Source: the human T2T-CHM13v2.0 reference genome, Homo sapiens. From it: a stretch of 64,000 nucleotides of DNA. Both the position numbers and the translations under genes were made by a program. The notes under the pieces are model-generated. The model saw only the letters and a list, made by a program, of their open reading frames with translations, made no database searches and had not been told where the DNA came from. How positions within the stretch are numbered: the first letter of the stretch is position 1; every line of letters starts with the position of its first letter. Below, one piece after another: positions 1 through 14,150 of the stretch. Location: NCBI RefSeq assembly GCF_009914755.1, contig NC_060936.1; one strand, written 5' to 3'.

Positions 1-1293
1 AGAGATCACCTCTAATCCTTAAAACAAACTTGCTTTCTAGGTAAAGTGGCACAGACCAGAAAGCTGACAGCAGCCCTGATTCCTTCCTACTTCTCACCTC
101 CAACATCCACAAAATGTTCTCAGTTGAGCCTGGTGCATCTTCACAGCCAGGCCCTATCCCCAATTCCTCTGAAGCAGTAGTCCCCTCACGTCTTCCTGAT
201 CTTAGTCTCTGCCACCTCCATCTCTTTCTTACTATGAATGATCGTGTCACTCCTCTGCTGAAAATTCTTCAGTGATTTTTTTTTTATTGCTTCTACCAAT
301 GCTCTTCAATGCCTTTTCATAGAGGAAAAATGAGGAACGTGAGGGGTCTTAGCCCACCAAGTCTGGGTGTAGGGCCTAAAGAACAATTTCATGCCAGTTT
401 TGTGCTTCATTTTCTTTTGAAATTTGCGTTTTACCTCTTAGTAGATATATTGTGGTTTCCCCACACCCACTTTCACAAATTGATACTCCAGGAAGATGCA
501 AAGTGCTTAAATTGTGGTTTTCTGGCTCCCCTGACATTCCAGTTTGGAAAACTCAGGCCTATATAATGAAATGTAAACTCCATAGCACATGAGGCACTTC
601 CCCCCATCTGCCTCTCTGTGCTCACCTCCCACTAATCCAAGTGTGATGTGGGAACGCTGTGCTTCTGCACACACAAACTGCCTGCAGTTCCCCAGGGATG
701 ACGTTTTCTTGGTTTTTTGTTTTTGTTCTTGCTTTCCTCTGCCTAGAATATCCCCTCTTCTCTTCCTCCACACTGTTCTATACCATTGATTTCATGACGG
801 AGGTAGAAATAAGAACACAAAAGCAAAAAAGTTTTTTTAACTCTTAAATATTTGACAAACAAAAGATATGGTTACAGTTTTTCACTTAAAGAAGTACTGA
901 ATTCTTCTTTAAAAATGCTTAGATTCTGGCCTCTGCCCTCTCTTCCATTTGCCTTATGTGCCATTATTGTTTTTTCTTACTTTGGGTTCCGCCAAAAGTC
1001 TCTAACCTTCTTCAATATGGCTGACCTTGTTTTATGCATCCCTCTCTTCCAAGTACTCTGCACATGGTAGAATGATTGAAGCAATGACTAAATCTTAAAG
1101 ACACTTGCAGGCTAGCAAAGCTAAAGCATAAATCTCGAAAAGGATTTAGAACTGAGACTCTTTGGATATACCTCTCACTTTTTCAGAAAGTTGTTTTGTT
1201 CTTCAAATTAAATATGAGAGAAAATATGATCATATTTTTGTAGTTTAAATTTGAAATTATTATTTACTTTTCCAGTAAACATGCCTAAATACA

Positions 1294-1294
<1 letters not shown>

Positions 1295-1338
<44 letters not shown>
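1295..1338. repeat. (AC)22 microsatellite
   Basis: Direct reading. Confidence 0.97.
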
Positions 1339-1340
<2 letters not shown>

Positions 1341-3699
1341 CCTCTAACTCAGCCGCATTATTGGCTGGTAGCATGTTTAAAGTGTGTTGATGGAGCAAAT
1401 AAATCTTTTGGCTCATTTCAAACCCAGAGAAAGATGTCAGCAGTAATAATGATGTTTACAGATGAAGCACTGGATGGTAATATTTTTAAATACAACAACA
1501 AATAATCTACGCCTGTAGTCATCATAAATGAAACAGATTAGGAGAATGTGAAGATGAAGGCACAAAGCTGATAACCACTTGGCTTGAACTGAGATACAGC
1601 ACTTCTAGACATCGTTGAATTTTAAATGTCCATATTTCATTACTTAAAATAAGACATTTAAGGCAACATATGTTTGTATTTGGTGTTGATGCAAGCTATT
1701 ATAGAAGTCACAGTTTTGGAACCGAAATCTAATTGTAAGTTGGAGCTCTGCAGTAGAAGTTATTCACCAGCCGAAGTTAAAATTGACCAGTCTCTCAAAT
1801 ATTCTTTTGCCTGTGCTTTCATTTCATTGTTCTTGCCCTCTTACAGATATTCTCTTTTCATATTTCTATTTGTTAGCAAAACATTTCAATAGTAGCAAAA
1901 TGTTAGAAGTTAAATCTGATACTTTTTCTTCATTCTGTAAAACACATTGACACCATTTGCTCTTTTTGCTCTCTTGAGCATACCAGGTTTTTAAAGTCCC
2001 AGATTCTTCTCAGTAGGAATGAAGGATTCTATAAGAAGCAGTTACCAAATAGGAATTTGCTGTAGAAAGCTTGTTGGGAAAAAAAAGTTATACATTGTAT
2101 AAGATGAATAGAGTTCTTTAGTAATCAAGGCACAATAAGAGATATTAGAGATAGAAATTTGAAATAATGGAAAAACACATATGGATTAAAAACGATTACA
2201 TCATATTTGGACCAAAGAGAGTTAAAATGAAGAGAACTTTGACATGGTGCATATGAACCATAAGGAGGCTATAGAAGCACATCAGATGTACTTGACAGAG
2301 GAAACTGAAGCCTGTGAAGGTTAAATATTCACCTGTCACAGCTAGTTAATGGCAAGTGCTGGGCAAGAATTTCTTCTTTCTCTTAAGAAATGATTTTTTT
2401 ATTATTTTAAAAGGACTGTATGCTTGTTATTGGTATTTCATTATTCAGTTTCCCCTTTGGCATGTAATTGAGTATGTGTTCTTTCCTAGACTGTGTAATT
2501 GTCAAGAGGATATAGTATTTCACTTTGTTTTTATAAACAAATTAAAACTAATACATCCTACATATTATGTGATTACCTGTGGTTTATCTTATGAGAGAGG
2601 CCTAAGACTCCTAAATAGCCGTTGGAAGGGTAGTGTTTTTCCAAGGGAATGTTTATGAGTAACTAGAGGATCCACTGACAGCTGTTGAGCCTTTTTTGCA
2701 GCCAGGAAGTTCATAATCCTTAAAGAATTTTTCCTTCCTTTGACTTGTACATGGCTATCTGCCAAGTAAAGACAGTTACAAATCCTTTTAAGCAAAGGTT
2801 GTAAATATGCTTTAAGAGCATGTGAGCAATGCAGTTGGGAAATTCAAAAGAAAACTGATTCCCTGTGTGGAGACATCACTAAATGTTTTTAGTTAATAAT
2901 GATTTAATCACTTCCTGTCTGATAGACAAAGAAATTAACAAAATCTCTCCCTCCAAAATGAAAGTGAAAGGGACTCCAAACTTCTCTTTGTCTCACTCAG
3001 ATAATTTGCATGACCAGCAGACTTTCCATGACTTACTTTTTTCTGGGTTAACTTGAAGGTCTAAGTCTCCCAAATGATGAGCTTTTAGATTTATTCACCT
3101 TAACATATTTTTTTGGAATGCATTCTCATGCAATACAACCGAGTGTAGGATGGGTAAACTAATTCACAGACATAGATTAATTCATATAGGTGGCAGCACA
3201 TGTGAATATTCAATTAGTTTTACTATCTGATTCTTACAGAAGGAAATGAATTAACATTATCACCACTTCAATACTGGACTGGCCGTTTTATATGCAGGTT
3301 CTATTCTTTATGTCTGCCAAAAGAAAAGAAAGCCATACGTTCTCTCAGATGTTGGGAAATTAGCTTTAGGGTCATTTCCTGTCACTTTCCTTAATGGTCT
3401 TAAACATGTGCATAGCTGTATGGTAATAAAGTATAGACGTTCATAATATTATAATTTAAAATGATCAGTAGCTGATTAGTATCAGATCAATCATGTGAAA
3501 AGGATTCTAGAAGACTTTCTATTCCCCAAATTATTTTGCTCATATTCCAACTATATGAAATAAATTCCCCTCATTAAGTCCTCATTCACTCTTCCCTATA
3601 AATAACTTGCCCAATAATTTACAAGTCATTCCTTCAAAAACTTTTATTCCCAAGATACTAGACATCTAATTGTATCACTCTTATTGGAAGAGAAGTTGT

Positions 3700-3895
3700 A
3701 TTTAGGTATATTTGGAATCAGCCTGAAGTGCACTCAAATCAGACTCCAGTGCTTAGTCCTGTGTGACCCCTCTGAGCCTCGGGTTCCTTATCTGTGAAAA
3801 GAAGATAGTATTAATAATACATATTTGTTAATATTAAATGTGATAATATATGAGAACGTGTAGTCCTGACTGGCACATACATGGTAGATATGTAT
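3700..3895 (+). mobile_element. MIR SINE (copy 1 of a local duplication)
   Basis: MIR core-like tgtgtgacc...ctctgagcctcgggttccttatctgtgaaa. Confidence 0.7.
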
Positions 3896-4554
3896 ATATT
3901 CAGATATATGCCATCATTTCGTGGCCCTGAGAGAAAAATGGCTGCCAGTTTTCCCAATTAGCTGAAAGGTCCCTCTCATGTAGATGCTGTTGACTGAGGA
4001 AGAAAATGCTGGAGAAGGAGCATAGCTATAGGTTTGCTTGTGGACAATTTGAGACATGGGAACATTCACGTGGAAGCGTCTAGAAAGTAGATGGACACAT
4101 GGAGTTACAGCCAAACATAGTGAGCTCAGTGGAGTTCAGAGCTAAGAATGTCAGCCTTTAAGTGTTAGTTGGAGCCTGTGACTTCACACATTGCTCAGCA
4201 AATATTTATTAAGCACCTAGTTCGTATTAGAGACTGTCTCAGGTACTGGGAACACAGGGGGCAACAACATGGTGCCACTGCTCTCCTGGAGTTTGTATTC
4301 AAAATGGAAAGAAGCAATAAAAATTAAGAGAAGTAAGAAAATCTCAGATGAAGATAGTGTTAGGAAGAAAATAGTGTGAAATTCCAGTATGGGACAAGTA
4401 CAGACAGAATAGCCAAAGAAGGCATCTCTGAAAGCTGAAAACTGAAAGAAAGAACCACCCACACAAAGATCAAAAGGAATAATAATCTTCACCAATAACA
4501 ACAACTATCCCTTGCTGGAAAGTACTAGTGTATATTGACTCATGTACTCATTTT

Positions 4555-5008
4555 TAAGCCACTTTATAGAGGTATGAACATATAAAATCTGTGCATGTTT
4601 AATGTGTACAGCTTGATGAGCTTGGAGAGAAGTATACACTTATGAAATCATCACCACAACCTATGCCATAAACATATTTAGTAAAGTTGCAGGATACAAA
4701 ATCAACATATAAAAATTAGTTGCACTTCTGTACACTAACAAGGAACTGTCTGAAAAGGAAATTAAGAAAACAATTTCATTCACAACAGCATTAAAGATAA
4801 AATACTTAGGAATAAGTATAGCCAAGGAGGCAAATAACTTGTACCCTGAAATGCATAAAATAATATTGAAATAAATTAAAGCAGACACAGACAAATGGAA
4901 AGACATCTCATGTTCCTGGACTGGAAGAATTAATATTCTTAGAATGTCTGTACTACCCAAAAGTGATCTACAGATTCAATGCAATTCCTATCAAAATCCC
5001 AATGGCAT
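4555..5008. mobile_element. Old L1 (L1M/L1MB-like) with internal inversion: antisense 3' end (about 4555-4675) joined to sense ORF2 fragment (about 4676-5008)
   Basis: ORF2-like agtaaagttgcaggatacaaaatcaac...atctacagattcaatgcaattcctatcaaaatcccaatggcat; antisense 3' UTR-like aatgtgtacagcttgatgag. Confidence 0.75.
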
Positions 5009-5180
5009 ATTAACTCATTTAAGCTTTACTACAACAGTATGAGACAGGTATTATAACTATTCCCATTTTACATATGAAAGAACTGAGGCAGAGAAAAGGT
5101 CAAGAACTGTTCATAGTGGGTTAATGGAGGAGCTGGTATTCACATTGTGGTAGCCTGGCTCCAGAGCAGATGCTCATCTA
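5009..5180 (-). mobile_element. MIR SINE
   Basis: cccattttacatatgaaagaactgaggcagaga matches the reverse MIR core. Confidence 0.8.
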
Positions 5181-5984
5181 CAGAAAGGGAAAGTATAGAG
5201 TTCAGAGTCCCTTAGGAAAGAAGGAGCTCAATGTACTACGCAAAGAAAAAGGCCAGAGTTGTTGGAATGGTGTTTATAGAAGACAGGGGAGAATTACAGG
5301 CCCGATAATTCAGGACCTTGCAAATCATAAGGCTTATGGATTTTATTATAAGTGAAATAAAAGGATATTAGAGGGATTTAAGAAGGAAACAGCATGATTT
5401 CTATTTTTATATTTTATTTTATTTTAATTTCTATTTTAAAAATATAACTTTGGCTGCCTTTTGGCGAATACACTGTCAAGTTTGGTAAGGACACAGAGAA
5501 AGGTGGTAAGTAAGAGGTGATTGTGTTAATTCAGGTGAGAGCAGATGGTGATTTGGTCAGTTAGTAGAAGGGAAGAGAAGCCAGTGAATATTTTTGAAAC
5601 ATGACAGACATTATTGCTGATTGACTAATTATGGGAATAAGGAAAACAAAGGAGTTGAAAGCAGCTTCTTCATTTTTGAAGTTGAGCTATTAGATAGCTA
5701 TTTCCTAAAAGGAGGAAAACTGAGGGAGGGAAAGTGTGGTGTGGGGAATTAGGAGGCAAAAATCAGGAGTTTTAGGGCACATTGGGTTTCAGAGACCTCT
5801 TAGACATGCATATAAAGATGCTGAGTGGGCCGCTATTGCAATACAGCACTCAGGGAGATACCAGGCCTGGATGAGAGAGTCCCAGGGGAGAGAAAAAGGC
5901 CAAAGACAGACTTTCAAAATTTTATTACCAACAAACTAGAGGTCTAATTGTATCGCTTATTTGAGGAGGAATTATATTTCACTA

Positions 5985-6150
5985 TTTCTGGAATCAGCCT
6001 GAAGTGAACTCAAATCAAGCTTCACTGCTTAGTACTTGTGAGACGTCTCTGACACTCAGGTTCTTTACCTGTGAAAAGATAATATTAATAATACATACTT
6101 CATAGGATTATATGAGATAATATATAAGAACATGTAATATCATGGCTGAC
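5985..6150 (+). mobile_element. MIR SINE (copy 2 of a local duplication)
   Basis: Aligns to 3713-3880 and to the MIR core. Confidence 0.7.
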
Positions 6151-7599
6151 ACATATGTGAAATATATGTAAATATATATGTATGTATATATAAACTCATA
6201 GTGTAAGTATATGCCACATATACACATATGAAACCATATAAATGATGGAATATAGATATGTAAGATAGATATAGGTATAGACAGATCTACGTAGATTTGT
6301 TATATATCTCTATTCCATCATTTAACCATTGTAAGTCTCAATTTCATCACCTATAGTAGAGAATATTTATGAAGAAAGGAAAAAATGGAAAAGAAACTCC
6401 ATACCTTGTGGATGATAGGGTCCGAGTACAAGCACTTGAAACATGATTCAGAGCCATGCACAAGGAAGAATGCTCTGAGAAACATAGTAGGTCTGAATAT
6501 ATTCAAGTGTCCTTCATCAAAAAAAAAAATTCAAATTAAGCCCATTTGTATATTTGACTTTCATATTCTCTATTGTCCCTTTTCCCAAACATCGTAAAAT
6601 AGTACTTTGATTCTCTGCCATTTTTAAAAAATCTCATTTATTTCTCAACCCATTGAAATCTGATTTGAGGATGATGAGAAATAGTTGAAAGACCAAATCC
6701 AGTCCTACCTTCCACTACCTTATAATCTCAACAACACCTGGTGTACTTGGCCATTGCATGTTCCTGAGAGGCTCTTTCTCCTTTGCCTCCATAATACCAC
6801 ACTGCCCTTCCTTCCAATTCTAGGACAGCTCTATCTGGACTAAAGCTAGTTTCCTGTATCTAAATGTGGGGCTACTAAAACCATATGTCTTAGAGCTATG
6901 GGGAGGCTTAAGAGAGCTGACCTGTGGCTCTTGGCATTCTGAGCTGGCAGGGAGGATGGGGCTGCAGGAATCCTCAGTGTGCATGGCACCCCTTCATCCC
7001 ATTTGTCTGGAATCTCCAAGCTCAGAGACTCTCTGGTTCACAAGTGCTGGAGAATAAACCTCTTGGTTCTCATTTGATCTTGCCTTAGCTTAAGGCTTTA
7101 ACATAATCCCTTCTGCTTTTCATTTTCCAAGGATTTCTCATAATTTCCAATGCACGAAGAGTTGCCTTGCTTATTTTAAAACATGATGGTAATTGTTGGA
7201 ATGTGGAGCATAAGGAAAGTCCTGACAAAATAAATTAATGTTGTTATTAAACATAAACACAAATTGAAGAAATTTTTGCAAAATATTTATAAAATACTTG
7301 TTTTTCACTGCTTTTTAAGTTTCACACACCCTACTATCAGACATTTGTCTCAGTTCTTAGTTTTACAACTTTATGCACATAAGTAGTCAAAGATATAAAA
7401 TTTTGCTGCTTCACAGTCTAATTCTTATGCATACAAACACAGATCATGGTATTCCCATAATATGTAATTAAATACACAGTGTTAAATTTTTTTGATATTT
7501 TACTAAATTTTGCTCTTACATCCAAAGATTTTGAAATGACTTCCACTTCTACTGTAATATACTGATGCTTTCCTTTCAGCTATCTGAAAGCCATAGTGA

Positions 7600-8240
7600 C
7601 CCAATTAAGTTCAGCAATAAATATTTTTGAGCAATACAGTTTCAGGTTCAATGCTGAACATTGGTAAGCCAAAATAAATAAGGCACTGTCTTCTGTTAGA
7701 TGTAGATGTGGAAACGGGAAGACATATATAATTACACTACCGTGAGACATTCACAATAATAAAATACAGATGTGGTACAGAGAAGTCAGTGGCTGACTCT
7801 TTGGGAAATGGGCAGTGAGGAAATGATACCTGAGCAGAATTTTGACCAGGCAGACATTTAAGGCAAGAGCAAATGGAAAGGTGAAGGCACTGACAAGCAC
7901 AGGAGGTTCCAGGAAATGCAAATAGGTCAGTCTAACAGGAGAATTATGTTACAAGAAGTGAAGAAAGACATGACTGGACCATGGGCAGGACCATATAAGG
8001 AAAAGCCTTTTCATAATGAGAAACTTGGACTTTACGCTACAGGTAATGGGACAGCAATTCCATATTAGAAGAAGTGTGATGGAGGTCAGATTAGCATTCC
8101 AGATAGACCCATTTTTGTAGGAATTTGCAGGAACAAAACCCAAAGAAAAGCAATAAATGAGGGGCCAATTTTTATAGACCAGTTGGGATATGAAAATAAC
8201 TAGAACGTTGAGAATAGAAGAGGATTGAGTCAAATAAGTA
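7600..8240 (-). mobile_element. L2 fragment
   Basis: ttcagcaataaatatttttgagca 3'-end signature followed by L2-like purine-rich sequence. Confidence 0.55.
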
Positions 8241-8856
8241 AATAAGGGCTTTTTAAAATAAGCACACATTATTTAAGTCAACTGTTATCTTTCCCATGCG
8301 TGACAAGTGGTTATGAGCCAAATTTTCTTTATAGCCAACCACTGACCAAAGTCATTTGGGCAAGCTTGACATTCAGCACAATGTGTCCTCCTTGATAAAT
8401 GTTCTAAGGAGCCAAGACAGTCACCTGTCAAAATTGATAAGTGAGACGACAGTGGGGAATGCAGGCTTATTTGTAACGGCACAGCTGCCAGCATTTGCAG
8501 CCTGTTTACCTCTAGACTGATTCTGTCTCACTCTGAGATTTTTCTATTTCCACCCAAATAGCCCCCAAAACACATTGAGGCTATGCCTACCTATGTGAGA
8601 TATTCATTCCAGACCAGTCTGCAAGTGCAGGAGGAGGATAAAGAGGCTACTTTCATTAGGCTATTTTCACAACTGAAGAGTTTCAATAGCTTTAAAAGAG
8701 ACGGCATGAACTTCATCAATTCTCTGTAGCCATTTAGCAAAAAGGGTAGTAAATTCTGTGAAATAGATTACAGTAGTGCCTACTTCTAAAATCCTAAAAT
8801 GTTCATCACCTCATGCATGGATGGTGTCTGAGGAATAAGGAGCCGTTTTTGGGGGG

Positions 8857-8900
8857 TTTTTTGTTTGTTTGTTTTTGTTTTTGTTTTTGTTTTTGTTTTT
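8857..8900. repeat. (TTTG)n/(TTTTTG)n simple repeat
   Basis: Direct reading. Confidence 0.9.
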
Positions 8901-9891
8901 AGGACTTAGTTCTGAACAATAGAGTGGCTGGTATCTTTAAATTAAATACACAGGAAGGCACTTAAACTTCATCTTCTGCTTTTGTGAAAGAAAGAAATGA
9001 AAGTCTCAGAGGACCCTCCAGGGCTTATGTGAAGTCTCCACAGTGCACTCTGTACATAAACTTTTTCTTTATTTTCTCTTTACAAATGAGATTGTGGTTA
9101 TTTATGTATATGAACACATTGCTTGTAAAACCTAGAAAGGAAAGAGCCAAATTCTTAATAGAGCAACAGCAGGACTTAGGTCTGCCCACTGTGTGGTCAT
9201 CAGCAAAACTTCCATTCATTGTGGAAACTCAAAAATTCTTGAGTTGTTTTTAAAAACATGAGATATTAGACAAACTCTAATTACGGCAGACTCACATCCA
9301 CTGCTTTTTAGCTCCAGACCATCCTGCCTCGCATTGTTTGTGTTGAGAAAACATATTTTTGAAGATTAAACTGATTTTTCTTATAGAAAGAAAATAACAG
9401 TTCTTTGAAACTACAGTTTCCTTTACTTTCCGGCACACAGCAGTAAATTGTAAGGTTTTATTCTTTAACACATAAGTTTTCAAAAAGTGTTATAACCCTG
9501 GTAATGTTCTGAAGGTCCTGCCTTTCATCTGCTGCAGACATTTGCCCTATTGACAGTTTAAATCAAAATTTTTATTGCAGTTTTTTAAGTCCTTTTTTTT
9601 TGCTACAGCCTTCACATTCTCCTGCTGAGATTATTTCAAGACCTAATAGACTCCATCATTAGAAAACATTTTATAGTACTCAAATTGGCTTTTCCTATGT
9701 TGAATTTCATCCACTTTTTCCTCTCCATTGCCCATTACAGAAGTAATTTGCAGAATCTCCGCATTTTAGCCAGGAGCATTCAGAGAAAGTGACTTCCTGG
9801 GGTGCTGGATACCAGTGGCATCGCCAAGCTGAAAAGGACTGAGCTTTCTAGGGCTGGTATATATTCAAGAGGAGTGTGCATGCATGTGCAC

Positions 9892-9922
<31 letters not shown>

Positions 9923-11525
9923 AATTTCTGGATTTCCAAGTGTACCAAATTACTGTCTGTATTACACTCATTTCTCATTCCCTTTATAAGCTGAAGGAAA
10001 CGTGTTTGCACAGTCCTCTTTCCATGGCCATATTGTCCTAGATGAGATATTGAGTTAAATTTGGTTACACCAAATAGTATTAGGAGACCAACTAATTCAA
10101 GAGCACTTTAGTGCTACCATAATCATGCAACTTCCTTTTTTTAAAAGATGATATCCCTAATATCTAGCATCAGACACACACATTTATGCATTTATGCAAA
10201 AAGTGTTTATTCTTTTACATTTTATAAGGTACTACTAGGATAAAAGATATATGCACCTTCTGGCCACAGTGAATTAATATCTATTATTCATTATAAGTCA
10301 CAAATAACAGTTGCCCAGTTATCTTAGAAAATGCCAACCTTAGGCAGTTATAAAACTATTTTCCTGACTCTACTCTTCCTATGTTTTTGTGGGAGTTCCT
10401 CAAATCACTCCTCAAAATCCTTCCAGAAGATTCTGAGTGTCCTCAGGGTATGTGTCATATGTGATCTCAAACTCTTTTGTTGCTATTCCATGAAATCTGA
10501 CATTTTCCTTCTCTCTGGCTTCAACTGTGCTGATCATATCCTCTTCTGGACCTAATGTTCTGATGCCCACTCTCTTTCCTTCTCTCCACTTCTGACTGGT
10601 TCAGACAGGTTGCCCAGATCACGGTGTAATGCCATGCCATGTTCCAACAATTACCTCAAGGAGAAGAAGCAACCTGTGTCTGTCTTTATGCTTTTGGTGC
10701 TATCAAGAGTTGAAATGGGTCTTTCATTCTCACTATTTATCTATTATACTTTTAGAACAACGGCATAAGACTTCCATGGCAGATCTACAATACTCTGAGT
10801 GATAAATACTATGCTACAATATCAACTTGCCTTTGAACAAAGATTCAGTGAATGCCGTCTACCCAACGCTCACGTTTAGAAAAGGAGCATGATCATGACA
10901 TTGCAGTTCTGTGCATGCCTGAACCACTATTTTGAATTTTATGTTTATTATTATCTTGTTTATCTTTATAATTGTGCCACATAAGTTTGTAGCTCTAAAT
11001 AATGTGTTATTTAACTTTGCATGTTTATATACATGGAAAAATATTGAATACAGTATGGTTCTTCTGAAACCTGTATTTTTTTCCGAAAATTCTGAACAAA
11101 GTTCCTAGGTCATCCAAGTTGTAATGTGTAGCTGGAAATCACTCGTGTTCACTGCTATATGGGATTAACATTTTTTAAAATGGTGCAGTTTATGTATTCA
11201 CTTGGTGGGCGTTTGGGTGTTTTAGTTTTGTAATATTACAATGTGCTGTGAACATTCTTTTATGCATAGACTGGTGCATATTAATAGAGTTCTCTGGGGG
11301 AACTCCTGGGCATAGGATATGCAGATCTTTATAATATATTTACTAAGAAGTTAGTGCTTGAGCAATTCTGACTCATACTAATTATGTGGAGGTGCTCCCA
11401 GAGCACCACATTCTCACAAACACTGGGTGGGCATGATCGGACTTATGATTTCCCTGACTTTTAATTTTCTCCAGTTGGTTTAAAATCTTCCTTCTGGTGA
11501 TATCGAATGACGTTGAGGATCCTTT

Positions 11526-12401
11526 TGAAATGGGAAAAGTTCCCTTGTCCTTCTGGCAGAGAGTGCAATGGGGGTGTGGCTCGCTTCTTCAGTGCCCTGC
11601 TGCTCAAACCCCTAGGGTAGCATACAGACCGGCAGGCTGTGGGGCTTCCACCCCACAGCAGTGTCTAGGGGTAGATATTTACAGCTCCTGAAGCCCCAGT
11701 GGGCATGTGTTACAGGGTGCTCTATTTTAATTTTGCCATCTATAGGCTGCTTGTGTTAACTAGCTCAATTAGACCCTCTACTTTGTTGCAAGGACAGAGG
11801 GCTTTCTGTATCCCGGGTTCTTGCCTTGGTGTACCTGAAGAATCGGATCACACCTGGGCTTGGAGAATGAGTGCAAGGTTTTATTGAGTGGAAGTAGCTC
11901 TCAGGAGATGAGGGAGCCAGAAGGGAGATGATTTTCCCTCGGAGTAGGGCCACTCAGCTGCCTGGGCTCTCCTCCAACCGCCCCAGCCAAACTCCACGTC
12001 ATTCCGCCAGTGGATGGCCTGCCGGAGTTCCAGTGCCTGTCGGTGCTTACAACGTCCTCTCCAAGTCCAGCTGCTTGTGTGTTCCTCCTCCGATGTGTTT
12101 CTGTCAACATGCACGTGTTTGTTATCTTCTTCCGCCAATCTGCTCCTCCTGAGGTCCAGCCTCTTGTGTGTCTGCTTGCTAGGGTCTTAGGCTTTTATAG
12201 GCCCAGGATGGGGCCATGGCAGGCCAGGGTGGTCTTGGGAAATGCAACATTTGGGCAGGAAAAGAAAAATGCCTGTTCCCACCTAGGTCCGTGGAGGTGG
12301 AGCCCTAGCTAGGGACCACCTTCCCTCCCCAGCACTTCCCTTCCCCACTTCCTTATCATTTAAAGGGACCATGCTGTTTTCTACACAGCACTTCCGCATC
12401 A
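11526..12401 (-). mobile_element. ERV1-class solo LTR (LTR1/LTR27/LTR28/MER52 group), about 876 bp
   Basis: TG...CA termini; near 4-bp TSD cttt/cttc; GC-rich; TATAAAA (12193-12199) and AATAAA (11880-11885) on the minus strand. Confidence 0.85.
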
Positions 12402-13329
12402 CTTCAGTATGTTTATTGGCCTGTTCTGTTTTCTTCTTTCTTATAATGCTAATTTCTATATGGACTGTTTTTTGTTTATTTACTTTTTAGCTCTTTATAT
12501 ATTTTAAAATCAACTCTTCATGTGCTGCAAATACAAACACTATTTCCCGGTGTGTGACTTGCTTTTTGCTTAGTATTTGCCATAGTATTTATGATAAACA
12601 AAAGTTCCTAATTTTAATGCAGTAAAATATATTAATTTTTTTATGGTTCATGATTCTTCTATCTAGTCTAAAAAAATCTTTCTTTCGCAAAGAAAAAGTA
12701 GTTTCTATTTGTATTCTAAATTTTTAAAAACAATTTGGCCTTTTACTTTAATTTTTAACCCACAGAGATTATTTTTTACTGTGGTTAGAATTTGGGGCCT
12801 AAATTTATTTTTCTGATATGTACAACATATTTACTCAGTACTACTAATTGAAAGTCCATTTTTCACCTGGTATGTAGTTATAACTCCATCATAAATCAAG
12901 TTTCTGTATATGTATGAGTCCGTTTCTGGTCTCTCCAATCTGTCCCATGAGTCATTTTGTCAAACTCTGTGTCATACTACACTGTCTTAAATTGTTATAT
13001 CTTTATAAGAAGTCTTGGTAGCTGGCTGACTAATCCTGTTACTTTATTCTTACAAATATCTTCATTATTCTTTGTCGTTTGGTAGTTCATATACATTTTT
13101 GAATTAACTTTGCATGTCTACAACAATGTTATAGATTTTGAATCTATACATCCACTTAGGAAGAACTGACTCTTTTTGCCATTGATTCTTCCAAATCATG
13201 AACATGAGTTCTTCTTTTCTCTAGGTCCTCTTTAATATTTGTCAACAGATTTTATAATTTTCTCCATATGATTACACATATTTTTATTAGCTTAATTCCC
13301 AAGTAGTGCATATTTTTCTGCAATATTAC

Positions 13330-13550
13330 ATAGTAGGTAAGAGTACAGACTTCGGAAATCCCAGCTCTTCCATTTTTGGATTGTATGACCTTGGAAAAAT
13401 CACTTAACTTCTTTGTGCCTCAGCGTTCTCATATATAAAAAGGGAATATTTATATACCAAACCCTTAGAATTGTTGTGAGGACTAAATGTATTCTAAATT
13501 GCTTGTAACACTGCCTAGTACAAATTAAATGTAATGTTTTTGCTATTATT
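13330..13550 (+). mobile_element. MIR SINE
   Basis: gtatgaccttggaaaaatcacttaacttctttgtgcctcagcgttctcat core. Confidence 0.85.
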
Positions 13551-13663
13551 ATGTTGAGGAGAACATTTTTCATGAAAGATTAATTCATGCTTGAAAAATA
13601 TATATATTTTTTGCATTTATTGGGGATAATGGTCTATAACTATACATTAGATCAACCTGTTAA

Positions 13664-14150
<487 letters not shown>

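Larger units (their letters stand above)
4190..5910 (-). mobile_element. L2 fragment interrupted by a MIR and an L1 insertion
   Basis: L2 3'-end signature cagcaaatatttattaagcacctag, then purine-rich L2 antisense sequence. Confidence 0.65.

Noticed and set aside
11497-12312. Cluster of ORFs in a GC-rich stretch, or a possible CpG-island promoter
   Set aside because: Explained by the ERV1 LTR; no gag, pol or env similarity
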